Positions 62,175 to 64,000 of a stretch of 64,000 nt of DNA are shown one piece after another. The translations under genes and the position numbers were made by a program. This DNA comes from Candidatus Gottesmanbacteria bacterium (lineage in GTDB: Bacteria; Patescibacteriota; Microgenomatia; 2-02-FULL-39-11). The notes beneath the pieces were generated by a model. That model had not been told where the DNA came from, did not search any database, and was given only the letters and a program-made list of their open reading frames with translations. Where the stretch lies: assembly GCA_016186795.1 (NCBI GenBank), contig JACPKY010000002.1, forward strand, positions 90,593 to 154,592. The letters are read 5' to 3'. Numbering within the stretch: the first letter of the stretch is position 1; every line of letters starts with the position of its first letter.

Positions 62175-63374
62175 TTATTTCGGTTGTAGTTTTAAAAACG
62201 TGTGTTTTCCAACTCGTAAGTGATACGTGTGTTTCGGATTGAGAGGAGTAAGGATGTCGATACATTTTTCTCCATCTATTTCAACTGCACCTTCTCGAAT
62301 GAGAGTTTTTGCGTGACTTCTACTTTTAACAAGCCCACTTGAAACGAGAACTTCAAAGAGTGGCAGTTCGCCTTTCTGGGGAAATGGAAAGGAAGGTATT
62401 TGAGTTGGTTGCTTTTTTCCCTGAAAGAGAGCCTCGAATTGTTTTTGTGCCTCAATTGCCCTTTTTTCATCGTGTAGCATGGTAATGAGAGTTTTTGCTA
62501 ATAGTTTCTTGTAGGTCATAGGGTTTTCGCCAGTCAGGAGTGCTTTTTTGTACCTTTCAATCGTGGGAAGAGGAGTTGAAGTGATAAACGTAAAACATGG
62601 CAAGATGACATCGTCTGGTAAATTCATAATCATGCCAAATAATTCAGATGGTTTAGAAGTTAGTGCAATAATGTTTCCTTCCGTCTTTCCAATTTTTCTA
62701 CCAGTTGAGTCAGATAGGAGTGGGAGCGTTAATACAAATTTTTCTTTCTTGCGCATCATTCCAACGAGAGTTCTTCCGGTAAGCATATTAAATGTTTGAT
62801 CAGACCCACCAATTTCTAGGTCAACGTTCATAGCAACAGAATCGTATCCTTGGAGAATAGGATAAATGAACTCCCGAAGATTAATCGGTCTTTTTTCTTT
62901 CAATCGACGCTGGAATATATCCCGTTCGATAAGTTGCTGCACAGAAAATTTTCCAAAGAGATCCAAAATATCGATGAGCGTAAGTTTGTTGAGCCAATCT
63001 CCATTAAAAAGTACTTCAGCGGGGTTTTTTCCCTCAAATTGCACAACGCGCTTTGCTTGTAAGACGTAATCGCGGGCATTTACTCGAAGTTCGTCTCTTG
63101 TAAAAAACTTTTCACGACCTTTCGTTTTTCCAGAAGGATCACCTGCCTGACCGGTTCCATCTCCAATGAGGAAAATCACTTTGTGGCCAAGAAGTTGAAA
63201 TTGTCTAAGTTTCATTAGTCCCACAAGGTGGCCGATATGGAGTTGAGTTCCAGTTGGGTCAAAGCCCTGGTAGAGGCGAAGTTTTTTTCCCGACCGGAGA
63301 ACTTTTTCAAAAGCACTTCTTGAAGGATAGATTTTTTCAACGCCACGGCTTAGAACTTCAGCGATTTTATCCAT
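62175..63374 (-). CDS. tyrS: Tyrosine--tRNA ligase
   Basis: GFDPT, HIGH, GGSDQ, KIGKT, S4 domain. Confidence 0.96.
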   Translation of the reverse strand: MDKIAEVLSRGVEKIYPSRSAFEKVLRSGKKLRLYQGFDPTGTQLHIGHLVGLMKLRQFQLLGHKVIFLIGDGTGQAGDPSGKTKGREKFFTRDELRVNARDYVLQAKRVVQFEGKNPAEVLFNGDWLNKLTLIDILDLFGKFSVQQLIERDIFQRRLKEKRPINLREFIYPILQGYDSVAMNVDLEIGGSDQTFNMLTGRTLVGMMRKKEKFVLTLPLLSDSTGRKIGKTEGNIIALTSKPSELFGMIMNLPDDVILPCFTFITSTPLPTIERYKKALLTGENPMTYKKLLAKTLITMLHDEKRAIEAQKQFEALFQGKKQPTQIPSFPFPQKGELPLFEVLVSSGLVKSRSHAKTLIREGAVEIDGEKCIDILTPLNPKHTYHLRVGKHTFLKLQPK

Positions 63375-63469
63375 ATTTGTTATCTTAGCAGGAGGGACAA
63401 AAATTTACAATTAGACGGAAGGGATAGGATTTCTTGCGGGGCGAAACCATACTTGGTACACTTACCTAT

Positions 63470-64000
63470 ATGCGGTTTCTTTCCTCCCAGAGGCAATTTT
63501 ACCGTCCACGTCCCATGAGACTTCGTATGCTCCGCCTGAAAATATTGGGCAGCCTTTCATCCGTACTGATAGTTGGTGCCGTTATCAGTATTATTGCCGT
63601 TCTCTTCTTATTTATCTGGTACTCGCGGGATCTTCCGTCTCCTGATCAGGCGCGACGAAAAGAAGGATTTTCAACAGTTATTTTAGACAGGAACAATAAA
63701 CCAATATATGATATTTTCGTCGATAAAAACAGGATTCCGGTGGTTCTTAACGATATTCCTGACTCTTTGAAAAAGGCAACAATTGCAATAGAAGATCAGG
63801 ATTTCTACAAGCATCAGGGATTTGATCCGAAGGGGATTTTTCGGGCGATCTTTCGTATTATAACGTTTCAGGGGATACAGGGAGGTTCAACCCTTACTCA
63901 ACAGTTAGTGAAAAATGTTCTTCTGAGTTCCGAAAGATCTCTTCCTCGTAAAATTAAGGAGTTCATTTTAGCTGTTCAGATTGAGCGCAAATATTCAAAA
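63470..64000 (+). CDS. Class A penicillin-binding protein (transglycosylase domain), truncated by the window end
   Basis: Hand translation: TM, DLPSP, AIEDQDFYKHQGFD, QGGSTLTQQLVKN, RKIKE. Confidence 0.92.
   Translation, partial: MRFLSSQRQFYRPRPMRLRMLRLKILGSLSSVLIVGAVISIIAVLFLFIWYSRDLPSPDQARRKEGFSTVILDRNNKPIYDIFVDKNRIPVVLNDIPDSLKKATIAIEDQDFYKHQGFDPKGIFRAIFRIITFQGIQGGSTLTQQLVKNVLLSSERSLPRKIKEFILAVQIERKYSK

Overview
Bacterial chromosomal window in the standard code (TGA is used as a stop). Gene content suggests a Patescibacteria/CPR genome of the Microgenomates type (inference): a type IV pilus system with no secretin in the window, many near-leaderless starts, and heptamer repeats in pilin leaders. 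Left: yebC, a 1.2-kb non-coding region with a dif-like palindrome, one Xer recombinase, folD, gyrA-hppA-gyrB and a holB-like gene. Middle: a type IV pilus locus (pilB, pilT, pilC, pilD, nine pilin-like genes, a giant Cys/Pro-Thr-rich putative adhesin, pilMNO) split by a ~22-kb insert. The insert holds glycan genes plus a RiPP-like peptide-modification cassette: two radical SAM paralogues, two PqqD/RRE proteins, a QueC-like ATPase, an HprK-like kinase, a nucleotidyltransferase and an S24/S26 peptidase. I found two Lys-rich short ORFs below the ORF-track cutoff (36 aa and 31 aa), each with a Y-x-K-P leader-like motif and its own sigma70-type promoter; they are the candidate precursors. Right: trmD, KH protein, rpsP, rnc, nusB, rpmF, recG, tyrS and a truncated class A PBP. 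All assignments come from motif recognition by eye; no database search was run.
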